Part shown: piece after piece, positions 40,073-53,861 of the stretch | How the letters are laid out: each line of letters begins with the position of its first letter | How positions within the stretch are numbered: position 1 is the first letter of the stretch | DNA from: Tubiluchus corallicola | Taxonomy: Eukaryota; Animalia; Priapulida | DNA: 64,000 nucleotides | Assembly: GCA_030141605.1 (NCBI GenBank) | Contig: JAQGDQ010000514.1 | Coordinates: 62,001 to 126,000, forward strand | Direction: 5' to 3' | The notes under the pieces: generated by a model | Seen by the model: only the letters and a program-made list of their open reading frames with translations | Told to the model about the DNA's origin: nothing | Databases searched by the model: none | Translations under genes and position numbers: made by a program

Positions 40073-41410
40073 CTTTCAACATTATGTTATTCGGCTCTCA
40101 CGTACTTATTGGATCTGTAGAAAAAGTGATTGATGGTGAATTAGAACTTAATACCATTCTCTACGACGCTTTTAGATCCGGCCCTCATGGAATTCTCCAC
40201 GCTATCTTTAGGACAGTTAAATTAATTTATAACATTTTATTTGGTGATAGCGACGAAATTCAACATAGCTCACAATGGTATCCTTATTTTAAACAAAAAT
40301 TGACTGATTTAATATCCAAAGGTAAATCAGGCTCACGTTCTGCCGTTGAATGGACCACCTGCTTTCTCCTACTAAAAGTGCTACCTAAAATTGCAAAATG
40401 TGGCTTTCATGTTTATGATTATATTATGGACTCTCACGACCAACATCAAGGGATAAAAGAATTTTTTAACTTTTTGGAAACTGAAGACAGCCGTGAAATG
40501 TTGCAGCGCTTTTTGAAACAAGGCACAGTAGGGCTTCTTTTTGATCCGGATGATTTTAAACAATGGCAAGAAGATAACAACATCGTAGGTCAAGTTCCAC
40601 ATTGTTCTGTAGGAATTTTGGGTAACATAATCGATTTATTTGAATCTTTTGAAACTAGTGTAGAGCAAATATTCTTCTCTCCAAAAATTCACAATGCTGT
40701 ATTGGATCGCGAACAAGCTAAGCAAGTTCCCAAATGCAAAAACCCCACCTCTCGTATTTCCGCTTTAAAATATGTTAGTTGTGCTTCTGTCCCTGTAATT
40801 GACCCTCTGGATTATCCTTCTGTCCCTTTTAATAGCGCCACTCCTATTCCTCCATGCGCTGATGAGTCTACTGCCACTACGTAAGCTGCCTTTAATAATG
40901 TAGAACAACTATGCTTAAAGAAACCTGAATTGGTGCGTAGTGGCCTCGAGAAGAAAAAATTAACTATATCACACAAAATTCTTTCTGGGTATAACATAAT
41001 GTCAAATTTAGATAAAAATTTCCCCTTCTTTAGAGATTTCGATGAAGAAGAAAGTGTAATTAAGCCCAAGTATGTAAAAGTCTTCGACGCCACGCCAGGC
41101 CGTGGCGGCACCACACAATACATATGGCAATCCACCCTTAATGCTGACATTCATTTCTATCAGGACCCTCAAGATAAATGGCCCATTGACATTCCTGTCA
41201 ACCTATACGGTTTGGCCGTATTGCTGTACGGGAAAAATGCATTTTTGGCCCAATACGGCTTACAAGAAAATCCATACGGCGAAAAGAAAAATATACGGCA
41301 AAATCAAAATGTTGCTCAGCGAAAATAATCGCATCGAATATTCCCTTTTCGATCGGTACTTTCATGCAGACGATCTTACTTCCGTTCAAACGTCGTCATT
41401 GCGCACACTC
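40070..41410 (+). pseudogene. Probable EVE: pesti-like/large-genome flavivirus polyprotein fragment with FtsJ-type MTase N-part (second copy 49262-50600)
   Basis: 1.3-kb nearly open frame with SGYNIMSNLD and VFDATPGRGGTTQY (SAM-binding-like); T/C-rich codon use like 42858 and 55331. Confidence 0.5.
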
Positions 41411-41548
41411 AGCTAATAATTTTTAACATCCGGTTAACCACTTCCGCTATTTCATTCGTGAGAAAAAACACGGCAAGCGAACGTGTTCCTCCGGCGAAAA
41501 AGCAAAAAACTGGAACTGGACGTCATTTAAAAGAATGGGAGAGCCAAA

Positions 41549-42365
41549 ATGGCTTATTATACCTTCTTAGTTATGCTTGCTCTCTCTACTTCCATTCATG
41601 GAACTATTGTAAGTGTGAACAGTATCATCCCTCAACTGTCTCAGGAGGCGATTTACAAGCACCAAGACGTTTTAGCGTCATATGGGATTATCATCACTGA
41701 TCCCAAGCCCATTGGGTATCAAGTATCCCAATCTTACAAGATAATAAGAGTAGAAATGTCCAAAGCATGGAACATTCACTACCAGCTCTTCAAGGATCCA
41801 GAAAATGACTACCCCTCCAAAGCCAACCATCGAGATAAAAGATTCCTAGGAATGATTGTAGCCGGTGCTGCGATGGCAGAAGCCACTGCAGCCTTAGCAT
41901 TGGGGGCAACCAACAGGGCCGAAATTAATGCCCTCAACAGGAAAATGAGTGAGTTAAAAAACAACCAAGATATGATGAACCACGAGCTGACTGTAGTAAA
42001 TAAGGAAGTTGGCATTTTAGGACATGACCTGGAAAAATTGGAACGACTTGTTGGTAATGTTGACCATAACGTCCACAAGCTTATGCAGGCCCATGCAAAA
42101 GATATGACTCAGCTCCATGAATATCTAAATTCAGTTAGGTATGGACATGGATTGAGATCTATAACATCGTCTAAGATAGATTCACTCCTCATAAGCCCGA
42201 CTCAATTTAATCTTCTCATGTCTAATCCCAACTGCAGTGTCCCTTTGTCCTATGGTGCAAGCAGAGCAATAGTAATCAAATCAGAACCGGAGAGGTTGTG
42301 GATGTTGGTTAATGTGAGAGAGATCATTCAATCACCAAGCAGAGTGCATGTCAAAACCAAAAATG
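41549..42365 (+). pseudogene. EVE: class I fusion (F) protein, N-terminal half, copy A
   Basis: Signal peptide, furin site RDKR, fusion peptide FLGMIVAGAAMAEATAALALG, heptad repeat; truncated at a hAT junction. Confidence 0.85.
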
Positions 42366-42675
42366 TTTTGTGGTGGAGCATACGCTGGATGGGTGAAAGC
42401 CTCGTCAGAAGGCTCCGACTACTCGTTTTGTGTTCCATGTAGGAAAAATGTGAAAGTGCGAGCGTCCGGGTTTTACGACCTGAAGAGCCATTTCTCATCA
42501 ACACGTGGACACAAGGAAAGTGTGGCGAAAACTAAAACTTTTCGGTCGATGGATGATCATTTCAAACCAGCGAAGGAACCTGTTGTTAGCTCTAATGCCA
42601 CAGCTGCAGAAATTTTATTTTGTCAGTTTGTGGCCGAACACAACTTGCCACCTTCCATTGCTGACCATTTCAGTT
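42363..42675 (+). mobile_element. hAT-type transposase N-terminal BED-like zinc finger fragment (5' part at 41470-41548; second set at 50655-50735 and 54836-55148)
   Basis: PPAKKQK...KEWES then GWVKASSEGSDYSFCVPC...DLKSHFSSTRGH...TAAEILFCQFVAEHNLPPSIADH. Confidence 0.7.
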
Positions 42676-42857
42676 CCAGTTTTTTTGTTCCAATTATTTT
42701 TTGTTGTTGTGTGGACTGATATGCGATCTCCTGACTGGTCTGTTTCTGTTGGCTCCCAGCAAATTAACACATTTTCAGATTCGGTAAGGTCCCGTGCTGT
42801 CTTATAAGGTTTAGCAAGACCCTATATAAGGGCAACGCTAATAACAGGTTGACAGGT

Positions 42858-43458
42858 ATGCATTGAACACGACTATCTTAAGAACATAGCTGACACTCAA
42901 ACTCTTTACCATCATGATAAATTTTCAAATGTCCTTGATAATTTTGATTTCGTGATCTGTGACTCTATCGATTTTCTCCACCTTCGGGCCATTTCTAGCA
43001 ACGATTATATTTCGAAGTGTGAAGCAAAAGTTAAAAATAAAGGCACCTTTTAGTTTAGTATTGGGTTAGAACAAATTAAAAACTTAAATATTTTAAAATT
43101 AAATTTACAAACACTACAAATTTCACATATCTCCTAACGTTAAAGCAAATCAAGTTTATATTTTCCTCCAATGTTCTGAAAAATTAGATAACAAAGAAGG
43201 TTTAGTTGCTTGGTCCGCTTGGTATCAATTCATACATTTTGTTGTTCGTTATCGCATGTACGCTGTAGAAAATGCTTTTAAACGTAAAATGAAACAATTG
43301 ACGTTAGCCCATCCTATTCTTTCTAAAGTTAAAGATAAGCCTTGCCACTACACAACCTTCTCCCCTACCCTAACGTCAGACCGCTTTGAAACCATGTTTG
43401 AATGTAAGCATAACAAGCTCAAAATTAACCATCGCCTTAACCGTATCGAAGCAATTTT
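42858..43458 (+). pseudogene. Probable EVE: pesti-like/LGF MTase C-part leading into RdRp (truncated copy of 55331-56475)
   Basis: FDFVICD motif; near-identical to 55331-55931. Confidence 0.5.
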
Positions 43459-43510
43459 GGGTCACTAAGCACTGAAATTGGCTATTTAAACGTTGCTGCT
43501 CCATTATGTA

Positions 43511-44796
43511 GTTACTATTTGAGCCACGTACACGTCTTTCTTTAGATATTTGGCAATAGTTTCATGAAAGTTACAACAATGGAGAACGGTGGGATGATGA
43601 CAGCCATATTAGTAAGTGTAATATACAGTTACCATTTGAGCCACGTACACGTCTTTCTTTAGATATTTGGCAATAGTTTCATGAAAGTTACATTCATTAC
43701 AATGGAGAACGGTGGGATGATGACAGCCATATTAGTAAGTGTAATATACAGTTACTATTTGAGCCACGTACACATCTTTCTTTAGATATTTGGCAATAGT
43801 TTCATGAAAGTTACATTCATTACAATGGAGAATGGTGGGATGATGACAGCCATATTAGTAAGTGTAATATACAGTTACTATTTGAGCCACGTACACGTCT
43901 TTCTTTAGATATTTGGCAATAGTTTCATGAAAGTTACATTCATTACAATGGAGAACGGTGGGATGATGACAGCCATATTAGTAAGTGTAATATACAGTTA
44001 CTATTTGAGCCACGTACACGTCTTTCTTTAGATATTTGGCAATAGTTTCATGAAAGTTACAACAATGGAGAACGGTGGGATGATGACAGCCATATTAGTA
44101 AGTGTAATATACAGTTGCTATTTGAGCCACGTACACGTCTTTCTTTAGATATTTGGCAATAGTTTCACAAAAGTTACATTCATTACAATGGAGAATGGTG
44201 GGATGATGACAGCCATATTAGTAAGTGTAATATACAGTTACTATTTGAGCCACGTACACGTCTTTCTTTAGATATTTGGCAATAGTTTCATGAAAGTTAC
44301 ATTCATTACAATATTAGTAAGTGTAATATACAGTTACTATTTGAGCCACGTACACGTCTTTCTTTAGATATTTGGCAATAGTTTCATGAAAGTTACAACA
44401 ATGGAGAATGGTGGGATGATGACAGCCATATTAGTAAGTGTAATATACAGTTGCTATTTGAGCCACGTACACGTCTTTCTTTAGATATTTGGCAATAGTT
44501 TCACGAAAGTTACATTCATTACAATGGAGAACGGTGGGATGATGACAGCCATATTAGTAAGTGTAATATACAGTTACTATTTGAGCCACGTACACGTCTT
44601 TCTTTAGATATTTGGCAATAGTTTCATGAAAGTTACAACAATGGAGAACGGTGGGATAATGACAGCCATATTAGTAAGTGTAATATACAGTTACTATTTG
44701 AGCCACGTACACGTCTTTCTTTAGATATTTGGCAATAGTTTCATGAAAGTTACAACAATGGAGAACGGTGGGATGATGACAGCCATATTAGTAAGT
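43511..44796 (+). repeat. Tandem array of the 123/117/96-bp unit, 11 copies
   Basis: Units start at 43511, 43628, 43751, 43874, 43997, 44114, 44237, 44333, 44450, 44573, 44690. Confidence 0.95.
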
Positions 44797-45377
44797 ATTT
44801 TCCGCTAGTTTGATGTGACCTCAGATTTAAGACCACCATTACCAAAGCTTATTTTAATTTCCACATAATAATCATAATAGTTGTACTCTTGATTTATGAG
44901 CACAATTAGCAAAGCTTATTTTAATTTCCGCATAATAACCATTAATATATTTATTTGTAAAAAAAACACTACGTTATTGGGACGTAATAACGAGATTAGG
45001 GCGATAAAAATCCCTTCTAATTGTAATTTAAGTAGGGGTCGCTCGCTTGCTATTTTTCAAATAAAAGAGTTGTTTCCGCGAATGAAAAAGACCATACGTG
45101 TTCGTTCGTTTGCTCAGTGGCGGCACCGTGGACGCTCCGAAATTTGGGGTAAGTGTAATTTTATTCTTTAGCGTGTTTTTAGTTTTATAATGACACTTTA
45201 TTGCTTTTTCAATAGCAAAGCAATAGACTTTAATTACATCATAATTCGTGTAAGTGAAATTCTTCTTTGCAATAACGTGTGCACACGCGAATTCCATGCT
45301 ATAACGTTTGAATAGCGTTAATTATTTTCTTACAGAATACGGCTTTATAAGAATCAACAAACACCGTCTTAATCATC

Positions 45378-46889
45378 ATGGACCCAGAACGCATTTTCAG
45401 GTGCCAGGTGGCAGTGAGAAGATTACGCATTGTCACCTGCGATATATGCGGGCGGGTCTGTCGTAGTATGAGAGCTATGCAGAGACACGTCACGATCGAT
45501 CATTATGGCCACGAAAGAAACTTTCTTTGCCACGTGTGTGGTCATACGGTCATGACGCAATACGGTCTAAGCTCTCATCTACTACGGAGACATCCAGCGA
45601 GACGACAGCGGCGACAACAGCAGCATCAAAATGGTGGCCGAGATGGCGGCGACGATGATGATGACGATGGGCCGTTTTGTGTGAGCAATGTGGGCTGCTG
45701 TTTCACACAATGGCAGCTTTAGAGAGGCACGCCGCACAACAGCAGCGTGGCGACCAAGATGGCGATGATGATGATGATGCTGATGAAGCTGCTGGTGGGC
45801 CGTTTTTGTGTGGCCAATGCGGCATGCTGTTCCACACAATGGCAGCTTTAGAGAGCCATGGCCCACAACAGCAGCAGCAGCATCAAAATGGTGGCCGAGA
45901 TGGCGGCGATGACGATGATGATGATGCTGATGCTGGTGGGCCGTTTTTGTGCAGCCAATGCGGCATGCTGTTCAACACATTGGCGGCTTTAGAGAGCCAC
46001 GTCACACAACAGCAGCAGCAACAAAATAGCGACGACATGGATGATGATGATGATGCTGATGCTGGTGGGTCGTTTTTGTGTGGGCAATGCGGCATGGTGT
46101 TCCACACATTGGCGGCTTTAGAGTGGCATGCCACACAACAGCAGCAGCAACAAAATGGTGGCTGTGACGACGACGGGCTGTTTTTGTGTGGGCAATGCGG
46201 CATGGTGTTCCACACATTGGCGGCTTTAGAGAGGCACGCCACACAACAGCAGCAGTAACAAAATGGCGCTCGAGATGGCGACGCCATGGATGATGATGAT
46301 GCTGATGCTGGTGGGTCGTTTTTGTGTGGGCAATGCGGCATGGCGTTCCACACATTGGCGGCTTTAGAGTGGCACGCCACACAACAGCAGCAGTAACAAA
46401 ATGGCGCTCGAGATGGTGACGCCATGGATGATGATGATGATGCTGATGCTGGTGGGTCGTTTTTGTGTGGGCAATGTGGCATGGCGTTCCACACATTGGC
46501 GGCTTTAGAGTGGCACGCCACACAACAGCAGCAGCAACAAAATGGTGGCTGTGACGACGACGGGCCGTTTTTGTGTGGGCAATGCGGCATGGTGTTCCAC
46601 ACATTGGCGGCTTTAGAGTGGCACGCCACACAACAGCAGCAGCAACAAAATGGTGGCTGTGACGACGACGGGCCGTTTTTGTGTGGGCAATGCGGCATGG
46701 CGTTCCACACATTGGCGGCTTTAGAGTGGCACGCCACACAACAGCAGCAGCAACAAAATGGTGGCTGTGACGACGACGGGCCGTTTTTGTGTGGGCAATG
46801 CGGCATGGCGTTCCACACATTGGCGGCTTTAGAGTGGCACGCCACACAACAGCAGCAGCAACAAAATGGTGGCTGTGACGACGACGGGC
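45378..46889 (+). pseudogene. Zinc-finger array with poly-Q/poly-D linkers, copy 2
   Basis: Same units as 36115-37696 with a different unit order. Confidence 0.8.
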
Positions 46890-47793
46890 CATATCTAATG
46901 GAAAGGCATGTCACAGGAAAGGTACTTGAGTTAGGTGGAGGCGCTGGAGGAGGAACCCAATGGTTGGTCACCCAGAAGAAAGTTAAAGAAGTGACCACTC
47001 TATGCTTTGATAGAGAGGGACATGGCCGCCATCGATTGGGGGAAGAGAGAACTAACGGCTATGAGAAAAGCCACCTCCATTATTTTTCGACGTCTGTCAA
47101 TTACATTTAATGTTTCAGCGGAAGTTGGATGGCAGGTCAATGCGGCCAGTTGCATTAGCGGTAAAACGTTTAAAGGTAAGCAGGAAATTTACACTATGTA
47201 GATTTTTTAGTTAGCAAATAGATAGGTATCAAATTAGCGATAAGATATTGAGGCAGCTGTTTTAACTGTTTCGTCGTTTTGAAGTTATTTATTTATGTTG
47301 CAACTATAGCCTGAGGGAAAATACGACTGGCTAGTGTCAGATATAGGTGAAACAAAAACTCAATTTGACTACCAAACCTTATATTCCCGTAGAAAGAGAG
47401 AAAACTTTGACCGGATATTAACAAAAGACAAACCAAAATTAATAGTCTATAAAGAGTTAAGCCCGGGTGATTACAAGCTTGAGGAGTTTGTGAACAAATG
47501 GGGCTTGCGTGCTGTTAAGTTGCCTTATACTAGGAACTCCGGCACGGAATTCTACTTAGTCAATTTTGGGGAAGGCATGGAATACAGAGAAATGGCTAGG
47601 GTGGCCACTGAGCTGATGACTCGGATGAGAGTTATGGGACCTCCTATTACAGTAATGGAGAGTGAGAAAGAAATCAAAGAGGAATATTATCACCAAAGTA
47701 AACCAGACCCAAACAGGAGGAATCCACTTAAAGCACCAGACTAGACACTAACCATAGAAAACCTCAAATTCAAGTATAATGTCAGACCTCCTA
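46890..47793 (+). pseudogene. EVE: flavivirus-like NS5 MTase, copy 2
   Basis: Same motifs as 37697-38600. Confidence 0.85.
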
Positions 47794-50733
47794 GGACGTA
47801 TTAAAGGAAACGTTTCATTGCCAACCATGCATAATTGTTGCCATGCCAACCATGCATAAACGACTGCATAAACATAACATAAACATATACATAAACATAG
47901 AACTCCATACACAAAGACGCCTACAAAATATTGAATAGTATAGAATATAGGAACAATTAAACGAACATGTATAAGAGGATCATACCAATGATGTTTTTCA
48001 TTTCTATGGTCAATGGAACGAAGGAAATGAGAAATGAAACGAGAGGAGAAAAAACTCCTACCCTGAGTGCATGCACTGCACTACCTACAATACATAGGCA
48101 TTATACATGCCCAGTTAAGAGCTGTTATGGATCCATGGTTGTTGTGGACCCAACAGTGCCATGTATATACGTTCAGAACTGTAAACCAGGAGAGTATATG
48201 CACTATAATTGTACTTGTGGGAATAAGAAAGCTGATTACTGCACACATCAGAGTGCCAAATATTTTCAGGATATGACGTGCCAAACTCCTTATGATGATT
48301 TAAATGGGATTGGAAATGACCCAACCATATGTTCAATTGGAAGTAAAAAACTCCAAGATTGTGAAGAGGAGAATAGAAGAGAAGAATCTATCCTGTATGT
48401 AAGTGATTTATGCATAAACATATGCATAAACATATCATCTTTAGCTACCGGGTCTTTACCAAACAATTTTCATCAGCATCACACTGACTCACAGTCACTA
48501 GTAAACACTTTAAACTGTCTTCCCTAATCAATGATGGTAATTCGATGAAAACCTTTTATTTTTCCATATGAATGCGAGTCGCTTGTACCTTAATTAAAAT
48601 TTCATCACAACAGATCCTTCCATAGTTATTTATTTATTGATATTTTTTACAGAGCTTGTACCTTGTGAGGAGAGTCTGGAAGGTTTTGACCTCAGCTGGG
48701 ATTCGACTGAGCAGAACTCAGAAGCAGGTGTTTCTACAGTAACCAGTGAACCAGTAAGCGAATTCAAGTGGTGTATGGTGAGTACGAACAGCCAACGATG
48801 TTTTAGCACTTTGTCCATCTCATTTCTCGAGATGAAAATGTGTTAGACATTTTTAATTATCAAATACAGACATATATAAACATAAAATTCACACTAATTT
48901 ATGAAAGAATACATTACATTAACTATTTGGACAATTCATTATTCTTCTGGCTTTTCATAGTCTGCGTTTTATACAGAAGTGGATATGAAATAATGGCACT
49001 CACTTTTATAGCATATGTTTACTTTATGTACCGATGTGACACATTCATGGGTATGGTGTTAGTATTCATAGGTTGGTCAATTAACACAACAATGGTGACT
49101 ATTGGCATCCTCATGATGTTAGGTATCACTAATCATTTAGTGGCAACAGTAAATGAAGCAATAGCTAGGGTGTACTACAAGAAAAGGACAAGAGGGTACT
49201 ACAATAAGCATGATCTGGTATATATGATCATGATGCTCTTACTTCCTATGGAGATGCACAGGATCCTTTCAACATTATGTTATTCGGCTCTCACGTACTT
49301 ATTGGATCTGTAGAAAAAGTGATTGATGGTGAATTAGAACTTAATACCATTCTCTACGACGCTTTTAGATCCGGCCCTCATGGAATTCTCCACGCTATCT
49401 TTAGGACAGTTAAATTAATTTATAACATTTTATTTGGTGATAGCGACGAAATTCAACATAGCTCACAATGGTATCCTTATTTTAAACAAAAATTGACTGA
49501 TTTAATATCCAAAGGTAAATCAGGCTCACGTTCTGCCGTTGAATGGACCACCTGCTTTCTCCTACTAAAAGTGCTACCTAAAATTGCAAAATGTGGCTTT
49601 CATGTTTATGATTATATTATGGACTCTCACGACCAACATCAAGGGATAAAAGAATTTTTTAACTTTTTGGAAACTGAAGACAGCCGTGAAATGTTGCAGC
49701 GCTTTTTGAAACAAGGCACAGTAGGGCTTCTTTTTGATCCGGATGATTTTAAACAATGGCAAGAAGATAACAACATCATAGGTCAAGTTCCACATTGTTC
49801 TGTAGGAATTTTGGGTAACATAATCGATTTATTTGAATCTTTTGAAACTAGTGTAGAGCAAATATTCTTCTCTCCAAAAATTCACAATGCTGTATTGGAT
49901 CGCGAACAAGCTAAGCAAGTTCCCAAATGCAAAAACCCCACCTCTCGTATTTCCGCTTTAAAATATGTTAGTTGTGCTTCTGTCCCTGTAATTGACCCTC
50001 TGGATTATCCTTCTGTCCCTTTTAATAGCGCCACTCCATTCCTCCATGCGCTGATGAGTCTACTGCCACTACGTAAGCTGCCTTTAATAATGTAGAACAA
50101 CTATGCTTAAAGACACCTGAATTGGTGCGTAGTGGCCTCGAGAAGAAAAATTTAACTATATCACACAAAATTCTTTCTGGGTACAACGTAATTTAGATAA
50201 AAATTTCCCGTTCTTTAGAGATTTCGATGAAGAAGAAAGTGTAATTAAGCCCAAGTATGTAAAAGTCTTCGACGCCACGCCAGGCCGTGGCGGCACCACA
50301 CAATACATATGGCAATCCACCCTTAATGCTGACATTCATTTCTATCAGGACCCTCAAGATAAATGGCCCATTGACATTCCTGTCAACCTATACGGTTTGG
50401 CCGTATTGCTGTACGGGAAAAATGCATTTTTGGCCCAATACGGCTTACAAGAAAATCCATACGGCGAAAAGAAAAATATACGGCAAAATCAAAATGTTGC
50501 TCAGCGAAAATAATCGCATCGAATATTCCCTTTTCGATCGGTACTTTCATGCAGACGATCTTACTTCCGTTCAAACGTCGTCATTGCGCACACTCAGCTA
50601 ATAATTTTTAACATCCGGTTAACCACTTCCGCTATTTCATTCGTGAGAAAAAACACGGCAAGCGAACGTGTTCCTCCAGCGAAAAAGCAAAAAACTGGAA
50701 CTGGACGTCATTTAAAAGAATGGGAGAGCCAAA

Positions 50734-52248
50734 ATGCTTATTATACCTTCTTAGTTATGCTTGCTCTCTCTACTTCCATTCATGGAACTATTGTAAGTGT
50801 GAACAGTATCATCCCTCAACTGTCTCAGGAGGCGATTTACAAGCACCAAGACGTTTTAGCGTCATATGGGATTATCATCACTGATCCCAAGCCCATTGGG
50901 TATCAAGTATCCCAATCTTACAAGATAATAAGAGTAGAAATGTCCAAAGCATGGAACATTCACTACCAGCTCTTCAATGATCCAGAAAATGACTACCCCT
51001 CCAAGGCCAACCATCGAGATAAAAGATTCCTAGGAATGATTGTAGCCGGTGCTGCGATGGCAGAAGCCACTGCAGCCTTAGCATTGGGGGCAACCAACAG
51101 GGCCGAAATTAATGCCCTCAACAGGAAAATGAGTGAGTTAAAAAACAACCAAGATATGATGAACCACGAGCTGACTGTAGTAAATAAGGAAGTTGGCATT
51201 TTAGGACATGACCTGGAAGAATTGGAACGACTTGTTGGTAATGTTGACCATAACGTCCACAAGCTTATGCAGGCCCATGCAAAAGATATGACTCAGCTCC
51301 ATGAATATCTAAATTCAGTTAGGTATGGACATGGATTGAGATCTATAACATCGTCTAAGATAGATCCACTCCTCATAAGCCCGACTCAATTTAATCTTCT
51401 CATGTCTAATCCCAACTGCAGTGTCCCTTTGTCCTATGGTGCAAGCAGAGCAATAGTAATCAAATCAGAACCGGAGAGGTTGTGGATGTTGGTTAATGTG
51501 AGAGAGATCATTCAATCACCAAGCAGAGTGCATGTCAAAACCAAAAATGGTCCCCATAGTTAAAGGGGGCACTTGGGTGATTCATGGGGCTCCATTTGAC
51601 ATGATTTTGGACCTCAAGAGTATTAAGATTATTCCCCCTGGGTCCTGCCAGGACTTCAACGTGATTGTATGCTCTGATGACCTAGAGACACAACCATTTG
51701 ACCAGTCTTTAAAGTATGAAAGATCTCCTGAAAATTGGGGTATTGTGACCTTAATGGGGGGTTGGATAGTCCAGAAGCAAGCCAGTTATCAACTTAGAAC
51801 GGTCTTCACTCATTCAGGGGCCTCTGAGAGGACAATACCCAAAAATTCCAGCCTTGTTTTAACGTGTAAGAAGATCCTAGAGTACCACTTACCTGGTTAC
51901 TTACTTCGATGCAGTGACACTCTGCATAGGCTGAAAAGCTGGATCCCAAGATTAGAAAGCCATAATTTGACAAGCTATACAGATGAGATCAATGTCCTAA
52001 TAAATAAGACTCATGCTTTACTCATCTCTCATCATGAAATTGAACCTCTCAGCTGGTATGAAGACTATTCATCTGCTAGAGACTGGTTATGGTTGATATC
52101 AGTAGTAACTTCTGTTGAGGTTAACCTGTTAATTATTTGGATTATATACAGACTGGTAAAGATTCGAGTTAAAAACCGCAAAATGATCCAGGGTGAAGAG
52201 GTAGAAATGCAAGAATACAACAGTAGAAGATCAGAAGATCAGCCCTAG
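50734..52248 (+). pseudogene. EVE: near full-length paramyxo/pneumo-like F protein (copy B)
   Basis: Signal peptide, RDKR/FLGMIVAG cleavage and fusion peptide, heptad repeat, Cys-containing core, TM (WLWLISVVTSVEVNLLIIWIIY) and tail; 1-nt loss just after the ATG and one frameshift near 51530. Confidence 0.85.
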
Positions 52249-52310
52249 CTACTCTTTAGAACATGGAACAATTCAGCTTGCTAGTCATATCCCCATTAAT
52301 CGCTTCACTT

Positions 52311-52340
52311 TTTATCTTGTAAAAAAATGAAGTCAAAATG
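52311..52340 (+). promoter_or_regulatory. Mononegavirales gene-end/gene-start junction (F to L)
   Basis: TTTATCTTGT-A7 (52321-52327), one T, then GAAGTCAAA-ATG. The same GAAGTCAAA-ATG precedes F at 54013-54024. Confidence 0.75.
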
Positions 52341-53132
52341 ACTTATGAGAGACACCTCAACTCACCTCTCAGCCTGGAATTTGAGAATGCTTTTATATTT
52401 GATATACATCACAAAACTCCAACAGAAGTAGCCAAAATTTGGGCTCTTGGACCTCCAGGAAAATGTCAATATCTGGATTACTTGAAAAAAGTTTCTCAGG
52501 AAATCAAGATCAGCCCTCCAGAACCTCTAGCGAGTTACCAGCACTCTAGGATGATGGAGAACTGCAATTCCTTTTTTTGGAAAAGAAAGAAGTCACCCAC
52601 TGAAGGAGAAGCCACCGACCAATCCAGGAGAGAACCTCCACAGAAGGAGGAATATGAAATCAAAGAGATTAAACTTGGGGACATGGCAAAACCCGCTACA
52701 GAGCTACAACATGCTGAGGAAACAATTGCGAGATATGCCAAGAGCTATCTGGCCGGCAAATATGAACATATTCCTCCACGACTTAGCATTGATATCAGTC
52801 TACTTCAAAGAAGACTGCTGCTAGAAAAGATCAGCAGCATTTTTGCCAACTCATCTGTAGCCAACAACAATCCGATTTTAATCAAAATTAATTCGAATCA
52901 TGTCTTCCACTTGTTGGGCCATTCTCTATTTGAACACCGCCGTGATAGTATAATTGTAACACATGTCAGTCATTTCACGGGGGGACTAGATGCAGCAATT
53001 TCTCGACTTACTGTCAAAATCTTACATGCTCTGCTAGATCAAGAAGATCAATCAGAGAAGCGCAATGTTATAGAAGAGTTCATAGAACTCATTCATAAGC
53101 ATATACTTGTTCCCATAAATCTCAGAAAATAA
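52338..53132 (+). pseudogene. EVE: Mononegavirales L polymerase N-terminus
   Basis: Starts MTYERHLNSPL (cf. conserved L N-terminal HL[D/N]SP[I/L]); directly downstream of F and the junction; 264-aa open frame. Confidence 0.72.
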
Positions 53133-53524
53133 AGCGGAGGCAAAGCGGTAACAAAAAATTCATCGTTCGTTTTTTTCAGTTCCTCGAGGCAGAGAAAAGT
53201 TTAAGTTTGTTATTTCATGTTTATTAAGTCCAAAGATTGTTCAGTAGCATCACTATCTAGTATTACATAAACTCTCTATCGCACTGCGAGTGTCATTTCC
53301 ACCGACATTATTTCCCATTCTGACGTTGTTTTTGGAAAGATTTCTTCAAGTATTGCTGTTGCAACTAGTAAATAATCAATAGACTGCAAACGAGTTGTGT
53401 GCGCCTCGCTGAATGAAGTAAGCGTCTTGCTGTTCATCCTTTAAAAAATCTACTCAAATTTATGTGTAGGCCTGGGGACAAGCGGTATGAATGTTGTAAG
53501 AATGATGTGTAAAAGTAATAATAT

Positions 53525-53861
53525 TGTTCTGCAGGGCTGTGATGAGATAGTGTAATACTGGCAGGGGAATACAGCAGACTGCTCAGGTGTGCGTGTGAAC
53601 GTGACTTTATCTAGCACATAGACTCTTATTCTGACCTTGTGTTAGTAGGAGCCACTAGTCACGTGCACACCTGAGCTTATAAAAAGGGTAGGTCTGCTGT
53701 AGATCCTTGTCAGTGGTCGTCTCATCTCAGCTCTGTTCACATTTCAGGCTTTGCTCTGTTCTATTCTGTTCGGTAAGCTATTTGGAATATTTTATAATAA
53801 ATTGTCATTTTGATTTTATTATTCATTGTGGTTTTGGTTTGGCATTGACTTAGTTGAGACA
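53525..53861 (+). mobile_element. LTR-like element, copy 3
   Basis: TGTTCTGCAGGGC...TTGAGACA with TATA, GGTAAG and AATAAA; more diverged from copies 1 and 2. Confidence 0.65.

Larger units (their letters stand above)
45378..51549 (+). repeat. Segmental duplicate block II (matches about 36115-42365)
   Basis: ZnF array, flavi MTase, Cys-rich/TM ORF, LGF fragment, hAT 5' piece and F in the same order; several ORF-track translations are identical. Confidence 0.92.

Noticed and set aside
43511-44796. CRISPR array interpretation of the 123-bp repeats
   Set aside because: Units are head-to-tail with no unique spacers, there are no cas genes, and the context is eukaryotic with spliceosomal introns.
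46424-47110. Functional ZnF-methyltransferase fusion gene
   Set aside because: Upstream in-frame stops, and the MTase is split before its catalytic Asp by an insert.
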